Part shown: piece by piece, positions 47,550 to 60,669 of the stretch
Position numbering within the stretch: position 1 is the first letter of the stretch
Layout: the number at the start of each line of letters is the position of its first letter
The notes under the pieces: model-generated
Databases searched by the model: none
Seen by the model: only the letters and a program-made list of their open reading frames with translations
What the model was told of the DNA's origin: nothing
Made by a program: the position numbers and the translations under genes
Source of the DNA: Squalus acanthias
Taxonomy: Eukaryota
NCBI GenBank assembly: GCA_030390025.1
Contig: CM059432.1
Span: 57,290,001-57,354,000, forward strand
Reading direction: 5' to 3'
DNA: 64,000 nt

Positions 47550-48775
47550 GGGCTGATTTTAACTCAGCTTGCCGGCGGAAACCAGGTGGGCGGGCAGTTA
47601 AAATTGTCCAGCTCCGATCCTACTGCTTTTCCGTTGGTTGTGATCTTAATCTGTTCTTCTGAGCAGAGGAGAGGGACACCCACCAGAAGCCAGTGGGCTC
47701 CTTCTTTAAATATGCAGATCAGGCTCCGATAATGTCAGCAGGGCCCGACTGCCATTTTAACTGGAGGTCTGCACGAGGAATCCATTGTGGCTTCCCTGCC
47801 AGGACAATCTTGCGGCAAGAGGAGCCAAGGGCAAACAAATCAACCCTCCTACAAAGGCAGCCGATTGCCAGGTTTTCAACCGGTTGCAGCAGCTTGGCTC
47901 CCCACCGCCGAGCGGCTTGGTAGAACTGGCGTAGAACTGGCGTTTCAGCTTAAGACCCCACTTAAAGGAGCCGGTGAAAATTGCCCTCTTGTTTGCCCAG
48001 TCTTTCTTCAAAATTCAGACCTCTGACACTAGGGGGGGAATTTTAACCCCAAAGGATGGGCGGGAGAGGGACGGGTTAAACATTAAAAAGTGGCAAACCC
48101 TACCCCAACCCATCTCTGATGTGCCCACTTCCGGTTTTAATGGAGGTGGGATGGGGGCGGGAGACTAACCAGCTCTCCGGAGGTGGATCTGTACTTAAAA
48201 TATTTTAATGAGACTGCTTGCCTCAAATTTAACCTCTGTTTCACATTTAACTCCTTGGGGCCAGGTTTTCCGGGCCTCAGGAAACCCGGAAGCCGAAGGG
48301 AGGCAAGAACAGCTGGATTGAACAAGGTAAGTGCCTTTCCAGCACTGCTTGTGGGCCAGAAGGAACAGGAGTACTTCCATCTGGCCCACCAAGCTACCTT
48401 GTAAACCACCCCACGATCTGACCACCTCGCTCAGACCGCACCTTCCCGTGATTGGACCCTCCCTGATGTTTAGCCCCCAATGTCCAACCTCTGATGTACA
48501 ACTCCTCCTCCTGACCTCCGACGTCCAACCACCCCACTCCCATCCCCATGTCCGACTCAACGCCCATCTGCTTCCTGGCTGCCTCCTCACCCGACAGCCA
48601 GCCAAACTTTCAATTTGGCTGGCTGCAGCTGGGAAACCGATTTGAAAAATTTAAATCAGGTCCTGTCGTTAAATTCAGCACGACCCTCCCGTTTTCATCT
48701 GTGTTACTGAAAGGTGGGAGATTGGGAGCCTGAATTGCCTGGTGCCTTCCTACCTCGCAGTTATTATCGGGCCTA
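47550..48775. mobile_element. Two adjacent Harbinger-type MITEs (about 47550-47985 and 48032-48775)
   Basis: GGG(N)2-3ATTTTAAC-type left ends with complementary right ends. Confidence 0.5.
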
Positions 48776-51700
48776 GGTGTTCTCTACACAGTCTCCAAGA
48801 CTTCATTATCTCTCATTTCTTGTCGATCAAGGTATAGAAGGCATGATTTAATCAGAGTGCTATTAAGTTTAGTAACTACCACATCTGACTTATATTACAC
48901 TGCTTGTCTGAATTAAGATTTATCTGCCATTGTTCTGCCATAGAATCTTACATAGAAGTAACAGCATAGAAATAGGCCATTCAGCCCAACTGGTCTGTGC
49001 CGGTGTTTATGCTCCACCCGAGCCTCCTACCACACTTACATAGTTTGCCCAACTCACTTTGTAATTTCTGAGCTGCCTATTTCAATTCTGCTGCCCCTCC
49101 TAATTTGGTATCATCTGCAAATTTGAGCACTTTGCATTGAGTTCCTGAATCCAGGTCATTTATGTAAATTTGAAACAATGGTGGTCCCAACACAGAGACC
49201 TGAGAGACCACAGTCAAAACTTGCCCCCAATCAGATATAAGTGTTTGAACAAGTACTTGTTGTTTCCTACCCTTGAACCAGTTTCTTATCCGCTCCAAGG
49301 GTTTGCCTTGTATTCCCACAGCTAAACACAGTAGAATTGTCAACGAATACCCCCATTTCTGATCTTATGACAGAGGAAAGATCTTGACGTTGAGTTGTCA
49401 GCTTTTCTGCAGTTGATATATATATGCTGGTGCTTGTCACTGTAGGAGTTGGTGATGTAGGTGCTGTGAGGTGCTCAATCGAGGCTGTATATTGAGCATA
49501 GCTACTCCTCCTTTTGGGCATCTAGAGGAGCAGAAGGAGAACATATTTTACCAGGTATGCAACATTGCTTCACATGGCAAGACTTTGTAATGTGTTACAC
49601 TGAAATGCTGCATTACCTGTTTGTGCAAAAAGGAATGAATGAGTGAGTGATTAAGAACATAGGGTATGAAAAGCAAAGTATACTAGTCATGATCTTGGAG
49701 AAGACCTCTGACTCACCCTCCCTCATCAAAGCCCAACATCTCAAAGGCCCTCTCCTTATTATGAGTCAAAGGTCAAAGCTTTGGTGAACCCCATCCCATC
49801 TCCATGTATTGCCTCCCAAAAGCAGATATAAAAGGGACATGTGTTGGAAAGAGGAATGTGAGAGAAGATGAATGCCACCCAAGTGTCTAGAATAATAGCC
49901 ACTCGTGTGAGTGTATGAAAATACAACATTAAGGAACCTTGTGCTGGCATAGCACTGGGTTATTGGGTGACATGGTTAGCATTCTGATATGACTGGCAAA
50001 CTTGCCATGAATTTTTTCCTGCCACAGGAGAGACTGCAATGATGTGCTCCTTCACCTCCAACGTGTTGCGCTGGTGGCAATCTTTATTTCCTAAAGCAAG
50101 CAATAATTTCATATGCACACTCACCATGTGAAATTTGTTCCACATAATTGTTTCACTCCTGACCAATAAGGGGTAGTATTTAACAGCATTGAATAAAATG
50201 TTAAAATGTTGACAAGTGCTCAGAATGTAAGCTCTCAACAGGAGCTGAGTTGACCCCATTGCAGTAATAAAACATGTTGCTATTGTATTCAGCTGAGGCA
50301 AAACTTTCTTTAGATGCATCGCTATAAATCGTAATGTTAATAAAAAAACTTTTTCTATGTATTTCCTTTCTTGCTTCTTTTATTACTTGGAAATGATCCA
50401 CACAGAAAAGCATATAATGGCACTCAGAGGTAAAGCGTGTTGCCTTTCAACTCTCTCCTGCACTATAAAACTGCTTGAATGATGTCTCATCAGAGGTTCA
50501 GTGTGTGGGAGGAAGTCTCAAGATAACACTCTCAACATAAAGATAAGCGCCTATGAGTACCTTTTATTAGCCTCTAATAGAAAACATGGAAAAAAATACT
50601 AAACACAAAGAAATGGAAACTTTTCTTCAAATCTATTATTAACGGCAAATATCTTACATCTGAAATAACTATTCCGAGGCTTTAGTTAAATCACTAATAC
50701 CTACAAGGATTATATATACATGTATTTTATATAAGTACATTTATAAAATATAAATCTGGGTTGTTGTTAGGATGAACTCCATTTTATTCTTGAGCTTGAG
50801 ATTTATTGTAATTCAAGTTTTACTAGGCACTGCCTGTTGTTTTTTAACACATCGGCTCGAGTGTGCTTCAAGGTGGTAATACATTGAGTGATTAAAGTGA
50901 CATCATAAACTATAGTTAATGACGCCATTTCAACCCCACATATGTTGCTGTCTTGTAACATGTGCTCTATACAGTTAAAGGTCTTGGCATAGGTTTTCCT
51001 TTCTGCCACAATAGCTTTGGATCTTTGGCAGAGCAGGACTTCCACCCTGACTCTGGCCCATTTCCCAAGGTCAGGATAATTTACCTATGCAGGGTAGAAG
51101 CTGGGGCCATTTCCAATGCCACTGCTTCAGGTAGGGAGGGAGGGAATTGGTGCAACGCCTTGCTGCAAAGTTAGTGGTGCCAGCTGAACATGAAAAAAAA
51201 AGTTCAGAGTTTTAAAATTTACCACTATGACTAAGGCAATCAATTCAGGTATGATTGATGGCCTTAGTCAAAGTGGTCCTTTAAAATTTGTTTAGGCCCA
51301 TTTTCGGGCTAAAATGGTCTGCACAGTCGCCACACGTGTCACCGGTGAACCCCAGTGCTTGTTGGGCCTCCTGAGACAGCTTACCATTTTCCTCTGGACC
51401 AATTTGAGCCAGCGAAACCACTGGCAGCAGCCTCTAGGTAGGTCCAGGGTGGGGGGGAGGGGATGTGAACGGGGTGGGGTGGGGGGGGGGAGGTGGTGAG
51501 TGTGGGGCTGCAGCTGCCCACAGTAGTGCAGTGGAGCCAAGAGGAGTACTCCTGCATTAAGGTAAGTTAAAAACAAAAAAGGTACCTTTCTGTTGGTAGA
51601 GTCCAACGATCCTTTCAAGGACTGCTGGTTAGGCCGCAGAAGGAACCGGAGCGTGCTCCGTGCAATTTCTGAGCAATTTCAGAGAGGATTCATCAAACAG

Positions 51701-52448
51701 GCATTAGGCCTATTATTAGCATATGCAAGAGGCCTAACGCATGTTTAAAGCGGCCACCAGGGATGCCAGACTATTGCCCGAGCCAATATGGCAATATCAG
51801 GTAGAGGCAAACACTGATGTAGATGAGGGGTAACAATGAGTGGAGAGGGAGTGGATGAATGGAAAGGAGAAGAAAAAGGAAGGAAAGAGGAAGAGGGAAG
51901 GTGAATGACAAGTGTGAAGGGAGAGGGGGAAAAAGGGAAAGGGCGGGGGAGGTGAGAAGCAGGAGGGAGAAGTTCTGAAAGAGAAAGACAGAGGCTGGAA
52001 TTTTCCGGGGTCTGTGCGGGTGCGATTGGAGGCGGGTCGGGTGGGAAATTTGAAATATCTTGCAGCGGGTCGGGAACCCGCCGTCATCCCGCCCCCATGC
52101 GTCTTTCCCTCAGGTGCGTTTGCCGTCGCGCCTTATTAACTCTACCTTTCAAATTTCCCTGGATGAGCACAGGAATCACGCAGCTCGGGAACTACATCTG
52201 TGAGCCTGAGACGGAAGTTAAGTGGCCATTGATCCACCTCATTAGTGCACAGCATGAAAAGTACAATAAAAACTCCAATCTCATAGCTGATCACTTTCAT
52301 AAGGCAGATGTTGTTGCTGAGTGCATTGTCAGCACAGATTTAGCTTTCTAGAGGTTGCAAGTGTTTCCAGCAACATCGGCATCCAGTGTCACACCATTGA
52401 CAGATTGCTTCTGTCATCTCTACTTGACCTGCCATCTATTCCATCAGC

Positions 52449-53488
52449 ATGTGTGCCGTTTATACTGTCTCACCTTGGTCCTCAGAAGCGGACCATGATG
52501 AACCCCAACACCAGCAGCATCAGGCGGCACACCAGCAGCACCAACAACACCATCAACCTTCTCCTCAACCACCTGGTGCTGCACAGGACAGAGGTCGTCA
52601 GCGCAGGGCTGAACCGCGTCAGTGGCGATACCCCCAACACAGGATATACAGGCAGAGGATGAGCTTCCTCAACATGACTGAGCAGCAGTGCCAAAGGAGG
52701 CTCAGGCTATGGCGCCAGGTCGTCGCAGACATTTGCAGATTGCTGGAGCAAGACCTGCAGCCCAGAGGTGCGGGTGGACATGCCTTACCAGTGGCTGTTA
52801 AAGTCACCAACGCCCTCAACTTCTTTGCCTCAGGCTCCTTCCAGGGATCTGCAGCAGACATTTGTGGCATCTTGCAGTTGGCTGCCCACAGATGCATCAC
52901 ACAGGTCACCGATGCCCTCTTTGACAAGTGAGCCAATTATATCAACTTTGCCACTGATGAAGCCAGTGTTACTGAGCGGGTGCTCAGCTTTGCCGCTCTG
53001 GCTGGCTTCCCACGGGTGCAGAGAGTCATCGACTGCACACATGTGGCCATCAGGGCACCTCATCATAACCCAGGAGTCTTTGTCAATCGCAAGGGCTTCC
53101 ACTCCCTTAATGTACAGCTCATCTGCAACCATAGGAAGATCATCATGCATATGTGCACAAAATTCCCTGGCAGCTGTCATGACTCTTTCATCCTGCGCCA
53201 GTCCACCCTTCCTCAGCTCTTCGCTCCTCCAAACAGACTTTCCGGCTGGCTGCTTGGAGACAAGGGCTATCCACTGAAGACGTGGCTCATGACACCCTTG
53301 AGGAGGCCAAGTACTGAGGCCGAGGAGAGATATAATAAAAGCCACATTTTCACCAGATGTGTCATAGAGCAGACAATAGACATGCTGAAAATGCGCTTCA
53401 GATGCCTTGACAGATCTGGAGGAGCCCTTCAGTACGCACCAGCCAGGGTCTCCAGAATCATCGTGGTCTACCGCACCCTGCACAGCAT
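52449..53488 (+). pseudogene. Harbinger DDE transposase (HARBI1-family fold), in-frame TGA at 52929-52931, 3' end disrupted
   Basis: [37 protein letters not shown]. Confidence 0.92.
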
Positions 53489-54409
53489 GGGAGTAATTTT
53501 CGGGGAGTCAGCGGGTGTGTTTGGTGGCGGGTCGGGTGGGAAAACATTTTTTTTGACAGTGGGTCGGGATCCCGCTGTCAACCCGCCGCCACGCGACTTT
53601 CCCAGATGTCAGGTCTGTCAGCGCTGAACAGACCCGACTCCAAGCGGCGGGGGAAGCAATTCAGGTCATTATGACCTTGTTAACAGCCCATTAAGAAGTA
53701 TTTTGAGCTCACCTTTACATTTATGAGGTCGCCCATGGGGTCCACGCTGCTCGGGGATCACGTCAGGTAAGCAGGTCGGGAGTTGTATGACCATGGAATC
53801 ATCTCAATACTTGACAGCTGCAAATGTGCTATAAAAGCTCCCATCTCACAGCTGTTCACTTTCCAAGCTCAGAAGCTGTTGCTTACTGCATTTGGAAGAC
53901 AGATTGAGCTTTATGCAGGTTGCAAGTGTTTGGAGTAAACTTTCTATCCAGTGTCACCTCATTGGAACAACCTCTCTCACCATTGACAGATCGCTTCTGT
54001 CATCTCAAGTTCACCTGCCATCTATTACATCATTGAAACTATCTCACCTTGGTCCTCAGAATCCCACCACGATCAGCCCCAATACCAGCAGCATCAGGCA
54101 CGCCAGCTGCACCAACAACAACACCAACCTTCTCTGCAATCAACTGATGCTGCACAGGACACAAAGCATCAGCACCCGACCACATTGCTGTCCGGGACGC
54201 CAGGGATGGCTTCACCATGGTCAGATTTATATCACTTGATGCTGTATACCCTGGCTGCCACATGATGCGCCAGGTTGGCACCACCCCACACCAACACCAT
54301 AAAGCATCCCTACAATGTCCAAGCCATTCCTTTCACACTCATCACAGTAATGGAAACTTTACAGAAACATTTAATAAAACACCCAAGTGGCTACCCTTGT
54401 GAATCTACT

Positions 54410-56332
54410 TGTGTTTCATCTTTCTCTTTTACGTGCTTCTATGAAGTGCTACCCCTGTGGCTTCAGCAGAGGTAGAGGCAGCCTGCTCACTTCCCTGCTG
54501 TGACTGCTTAGAAACTTTTGGCAGAGGTCCTCTAGGTTTTGTAGCCTGTGAGGACCCCGCCAAAGTCTGCTCCTCCTGCGACTGTGCAGGGTCAGACTTG
54601 GCCATCGCGATCCGAGGAGGCATCTGGGGCTCTGACTGTGGTGGGGGGGGGGGGGGGGGAGGGGCGGGTGGGGAGCGCAACGGGGGGAGAAGTGGGAGCA
54701 TTTTGAGAGGAGCCCTGCTTGCATATCCCCTCTCACCATCATCCCTCTCATGGGCCACCCGCACTTCCCTGCTAGCAAGGAGAGTACCTTGCTGCCCAGC
54801 AGTGGGGCCATGAGGACTCACTTCTACGATGACATCCCTCCTAGAGAGGATGTCTATTAGCCTCTGCCATCTATTCTCCATAGATAGCCATCTATTCTCC
54901 ATAGTGACTATGTGCTCCTGTGAGTGGCAGTGGCGCATTAGCTGCTCCATGCAGGTGGCCATCCTATCCATGGAAGAGCCTACAGTTGCCATCGCCTACG
55001 ACACAGTGGTGCGCATGTTGGAGATGGACTCCTCCATTCTCTGCACATTTGCAGACATTGTGGTCGCAAAACCTGTCAAAACCTCCTGCACTTCATGCTG
55101 CACCTCCAGGATTGCCCTCTTTCTGGATGGCCCCTGAGGCTCAGCGTCTGCATGCAGCTGAGCAGAGCTGGGAGTGTCCTGCGCCCTCCGGCTAGGAGTC
55201 ACCACTGCTGTCCCTGTCTCCGCCATCTGCTCTTGCTCACTTGTGAGTTGTGAGACGCCAGGTGACAACACTCATCTATCTCGCGTTGCACCCACCGAGG
55301 TGTGCATATCTGCGTTGGTGCTGGGTGTGCTTATGTCTGGTGACAGTGCGCCCTCAGAGGCTGGAGGCTCCTCTGAGGAATTGTCTTGCTCTTCCTCATA
55401 GACAGTTGGGGGGGGGGGGGGGGTGGCTCTTGATGGACCTCTGTGAAAGTAAAGAGATGAGTTAGATATGTCACATCAAGAATGGGTACAGATACCCCAT
55501 TATGCACATGATGAACATTCAGTGGCTGCTGACATCAGTCCCTATGAGTGACTGATGTATGCCCTGTAGCTGTATGATATGTAATTCTGTCACCAGGTTG
55601 CAGAGATGGTCCCCTCTCTCCGTCTCCCACCTCCAGCTGCTCTGCGACTCCCGACACTTCCAAGGCAGCCTCCTCTGCTGCTGTTAAGGTGGCCAATGAT
55701 GGAGTGCCACCTCCGGTTCTCTCCCTCTCCCTCTTATTGTGGGCTCTCGTTTCCTGCAAGGAGGGAAAGAAGAGAAGGTTGAGTGAGAGTGATGGAATGA
55801 GTGTAAGGAATGAATGGGTTACATCTGTAGAGGGTGACTATGATGGAGTGGTGTGGCAATGCCAAGTGGCCACCTTGTGTGTTGTTAGATGGTATGATTG
55901 CATTAGGATGCGGGTGAGTGTGAGAGTGGCTAGTCAGATGGGGATGTGATAATGTCGATAGAGAGGGATGGGTGGGTGTGCATGGTATGTCGGTGTGAGT
56001 AAGGATGAGCAGGAGTAGGTTTGGGAAGGCAGAGTGATGGGGATGTGATGAGAGGAGCAGCAGGATGAAGTTGAGTGTGGCTTTGCACTCACCTTTCCTG
56101 ATCTAATGAGATCATTGAAATGTTTGCGGCACTGCACCCAGGTCCTCCTGACCACACCCCTGCTGTTGACCTCCTCTGCTATTAGGAGCCAGATTCTTTT
56201 CATCTCCTGGAGAGGTCACTTCCACCCTTTAGAAGGGAAGAGGACCTCCCTGCGTGCTCTGACTCCCTCCACAAGCATACGGAGGGAGTCACCGGAGAAC
56301 CTGGGTGCAGCCCTCTGTCTCAGTGCAGTCAT
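54410..56332 (-). pseudogene. Harbinger Myb/SANT-like gene, 3 exons (56332-56093, 55753-55594, about 55438-54410)
   Basis: AAPRFS...RTWVQCRKHFNDL and RTGGG; same intron positions as 27129-29072; stops present. Confidence 0.82.
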
Positions 56333-57139
56333 GTTTGGCACTCTTTGTAGCAGTCCAATTGTGCAGTATGCTGCCTGCACACCCCTAGATGAACCTTCAA
56401 ATGCAATGTGGCTCTGGCTCCTTTAAATATCCCGTCTGAAAACGCATCATGGCTGACGTCATCAGACCCGCGCCATTTAATAGGGCCGGGTAACGCGCAG
56501 GGCTGCCTTAATAGGCACCATTAACGGAAAGTCGATCTCAGGAACAGCATGGTATGAAGAACGGGGCCTCGACCCACCACGGCGACCGCCCGCACGCGAC
56601 CCGCCCAGGTACAGAAAATTCCGGCCAGAGAGTGAGAAAGACTGAAGTTGAGACATAAAAGAGAGATGGGGAAGATCCTGTCTGACTAATGTCCTTGATT
56701 TCTTTGAAGGATTGACAACTCAAGTCGACCGCTGTGTTGAACCCTATGACATTGTGTATTTAGACTTCCAAAAGGCATTTGATAAAATTCCACAAAAAAG
56801 GCTACTAGTTAAGCTCAAAGCTGTAGGGAAAATGGAAAAATGTCATACTTTCCATCTGACTATTCTTTTTTTGACCTAGAACGACTTGATGTTGAAACTA
56901 GATGCCTGAAATGGAAAGGATTCCATTTCCCAGCACTAACATCCCTCACCTTGATTAGCAAAACAAGCTGTCTCATACCAATGTTCCATCTTAACGCTTT
57001 CTCTTCTTCAGTCATGGTGATAAGTTCCAGAATTTTGGAATGCGGAGCTCACATGTCTGGAACATTTTATTTCCACATTCTGTTTTAAGAGGTAGATGGC
57101 AGAATAGTCGTCTACTTCTGAAAACAGCTTCTGCAGGAG

Positions 57140-58430
57140 ATTCAGCCCCTCATGGCTGATCTGTACCTCAGCTCCTTTTTACCCACCTTTGTTCCATATC
57201 TTGTTAGCCTTTTGGAGGAGTCAGTTCCAGATTTCCATTACCCTCTGTGTGAAAAAGTGTGTCCTGATTTCAATCTTAAATGGCCTAGCTCTAATTTTAA
57301 GATTAGGTTTTCTTGTTCTGGATTCCCCCACTAGGGGAAATAGTTTAACTGTATCTAATCTATTGAATCCCTTTATAATTTTAAACACCTTGGCCTGGAG
57401 TTTCTGCTCGATTGCGCTGGTTTTATTGGTGCAATTCCCCCGAGATCGGTGCAACCGGCGCAAATGATCACGGAATTTTATGCGCAAATTGCGTTCAGTG
57501 CAAATCGAGTTTCGCAATCTTTTGCACTAATTTTAAAAACATCGCGCTGGAAGCAGGCCTCGCCCACAAAACTGGCCACGCCCCCAGGGTGAATTAATCA
57601 CCATTAGGAGTTTCCGCTAATTGCGCTCGTTTGCAGGCCTTCGAGGAGGCTCCAAAAATTAAGCTGGAACTCTTGGGCGCCAGGACACTAATAGGTACAT
57701 TTTGAAAGGTTTTGAATGATTTTTAAAAATTTACTAAGGAACTGACCCAGTCTGACTAGAAAATAGTTTTGTATAATTTTTAAAGTCATTTTCAGTAAGT
57801 TAAAATCAGGTTACTCACAGGTTGATTGAAAATGCTTATTTTTTGTGATATACCTATTTTCAGTTGTATTAATCAAACTTTACCGTGTTACCACTCTTAA
57901 ATATATCAAAGAATATTTTTAAAGCAACATTTTTTTAAAATTACATTTTAAAACGTTGCCCGATTGCGCTAACTCATGGCAGATTGTGCATTCGGCAACA
58001 TGCAAATGAGTTTGAGCCAAACACAGGGGGAAAAAAACTTTCAAAACGGGTGCAATTTTGGGTGCAATCGGCACCGGAATCGCCAATTGCGACCAACGCG
58101 GAAACTCTACCCCCTTGATTAGATCACCCCGAACCTTCTAAACTCAAGGGAATATATGCCAAGTTTATGAAAGTTGTCCTCATAATTTAACACTTTAAGC
58201 CCTGGTATAATTCTGGCAGATCTGCGCTGCACCCCTTCCAAGGCCAATATATCTTTCCTGATGTTTGGTGCCCAAAACAGAAAACAGTACTTCAGATGAG
58301 GTCTGGCCCATTCTCTGTACAACTGAAGCATCACTTCTCCCCTTTGAATTCCAATCCCCTTCAGATAAAGGCCAACATTCTCTTAGTCTTTTTGATTACT
58401 TTTCCTACCAGTGCACTAGCTTTTAGTGAC
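57140..58430 (-). mobile_element. CR1 3' fragment split by a MITE (57392-58113, CTT TSD)
   Basis: ARPHLKYC..FWAP and FFTQRVMEIWN; MITE TIRs GGCCTGGAGTTTC / GAAACTCTACCCC. Confidence 0.75.
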
Positions 58431-58873
58431 AGTAAGGCAGGAACACCGCTTGGCTCTTTCATTGCTCTCTTCATTTCCTGTCTTACCAATATTTTTAATA
58501 CACTTGGACAGAATTATGAATATTCAAGTGCCATCTGTTCCCAGAGGGTAGCAAGGCTTGGCACCAAGAGGTGAAGAATGCACAACTTCACGCTAGGGGG
58601 CATTGAAGGGGTGACAAACAGAGTACTGGGCGTGGGTGCCAACAAACAACCCAGAATTATCATTCATGTCACCTGGAAGAAGATGGCACTGGCACTGACT
58701 GCCAACTCCATCACCCCAGGACTGCAGAACAGTGACACAAGAGGTACTATATACTCAAAGAGCAGGCAAGGCAACACACTGCACACCTCTGCCTTTTCTT
58801 CTTTGCCCACCCTGGGCACCAGAACACTCTTCACTCTCTTAAAGTAACACTTCCATAACTAAACCTTCACAAT

Positions 58874-60275
58874 GGCCCTGATATTAACTTCGAGGTGTGT
58901 TGGGAAAGCAGGTTCAATATTGCTTGGGAAACCCGGAAGTAAGTTTAGGGCGGCTGTCTGTGGCATTTTAACGCAGGCATCTCATTATCATTTTACTTCT
59001 GGGTTGGGCATTGATTACGTGGCAGCGGGCGTGGTGCGGACCCGCGTGACGCAATCTCAACTCCAGTATTTAAAGGGCCAATCCAAAGATGGAATTTGGA
59101 GGAGTTTGGTGTTGGAAGCAAGAGAGGAAGAACTTTGACGATGGATTCAGGATGGTCAAAATCTGCGCCCCACTTTAGTGACGCCTCCCTTGATGTACTG
59201 CTGGGAGTGGTATGGGGAGATACTCTTCCCCAGCAACGGGAGGAACAAACCTGCTTCTGCCACAAAGAAGGCATCGCTGGAGGTGGCCCAGGAGGTTAGC
59301 AGTAGAAGCATTGTGCCATGCACCTGAATTCAGTGCAAGAAGCACCTCAATGACTTAACTCTGCTGCCCGTGTTCTAACTCGCACCAAGTCCCTGTTCAC
59401 CCATCATCCCTGTACTTGCTGATCTACATTGGCTCCCGGTTAAGCAATGCCTCAATTTTAAAATTCTCATCCTTGTTTTCAAATCCCTCCATGGCCTCAC
59501 CACTCGTATCTCCGTAATCTCCTCCAGCCCTACAACCCTCCAAGATATCCGCATTCCTCCAATTCTGACCTCTTGAGCATCCCTGATTTTAATTGCTCCA
59601 CCATTGGCAGCCGTGCCTTCAGCTGTCAGGGCCCTAAGCTCTGGAATTCCCTCCTTAAACCACTGCACCTCTCTACCTCCTTACCTCCTTTCCTCCTTTA
59701 AGATGCTCCTTAAAACCTACCTCTTTGACCAAACTTTTGGTCATCTGCCCTAATATTTCCTGATGTGGCTTGGTGTCAAATTTTGTTTGATAACGTTCCT
59801 GTGAAGCGCCTTGGGACATGTTACTATGTTAAAGGCGCTACATAAATACAAGTTGTTGTTGTTGTTAACCAGGTCAGTAAAGGTGAGTACAGTTACACCT
59901 TCACATACATCCTACTGTGCATAACAACTGAGTACTTATTGGAGTATTTGTATGACTTTTAATCAGCCCCCGTCAAATGAGGTTGTGTTCGCGCCTTGGT
60001 TTCACTGGCGACTTTCAGGAAGCCCGGGAAACCCATGGATGCGCAGTTAAATTTAAAACTGTGTTGAAATATTGCTCCAATTGAATGATTAGAATATGTT
60101 AAAAGGCAACCCACCTCTCCCGAGGGGGTTATGCGCAACTAGCCTAACGCGCCCGAGTTAAATGCGGAAGTCGGCTGGTTGGAGCCGGCTTCCAGATACG
60201 CTCGTATTTTTGCCAGTTTTAACGCTCCCCACCCGCACCTAAATCCACGCGCTCCTCCATGTTAAAAATCCCCCC
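58874..60275 (+). mobile_element. Harbinger derivative with Myb exon-1 remnant, interrupted by an L2 3' fragment (59357-59866)
   Basis: SAPHFSDASLDVLL..QCKKHLNDL; L2 peptide HIIPVLADLHWLPV..FKILILVFK and (TTG)n tail. Confidence 0.7.
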
Positions 60276-60471
60276 ATTCCTGGTTAAGGACGCCTCCAAC
60301 TCACTATCCTGTACTGTCGCTACACAGCTCCCCTAACACAAAACGTCCTTGCACAAGCCTAAAACCCCTTCCTTCACTTTAGCACGTTTACACCTCACCG
60401 CTATTCCTTCACCACTCCCATGCCGCTTGCTACATGCTCCTTAACTGCTAGCCTTACCCATATTTACTTAT

Positions 60472-60669
60472 GTGAGAAGTCGCACAACACCAGGTTATAG
60501 TCCAACAGTTTTATTTGAAATCACAAGCTTTCGGAGCGCTGCTCCTTCATCAGGTGAAGGAGCAGCGCTCCAAAAGCTTGTGATTTCAAATAAAACTGTT
60601 GGACTATAACCTGATGTTGTGCGACTTCTCACATTTGTCCACCCCAGTCCAACACCGGCATCTCCGCAT
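60472..60669. mobile_element. Penelope-like element fragment forming an ~80-bp-arm inverted repeat
   Basis: Arms 60470-60549 and 60555-60634; 13-bp TSD CATATTTACTTAT (60459-60471, 60670-60682). Confidence 0.8.
60521..60557 (-). ncRNA. Minimal type I hammerhead ribozyme motif
   Basis: TCAC-CTGATGA-A-GGAGC-AGC-GCTCC-GAAA-GCTT-GTGA: stem I, core, stem II, palindromic AGCT stem III. Confidence 0.7.

Larger units (their letters stand above)
51993..56626 (+). mobile_element. Near-complete Harbinger transposon (convergent transposase and Myb-like genes), defective
   Basis: TIRs GGCTGGAATTTTC / GAAAATTCCGGCC; AGA TSD; a second Harbinger left end is inserted at about 53489-54200. Confidence 0.9.

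Noticed and set aside
49400..50150. Host exon (good acceptor- and donor-like sites around 49412-49554)
   Set aside because: All plus-strand frames have stops; minus-strand peptides look like decayed Harbinger Myb-like exons.
52449..53627. Domesticated host gene HARBI1
   Set aside because: Flanked by TIRs and a TSD, paired with a Myb-like gene, and carries a stop and an insertion.
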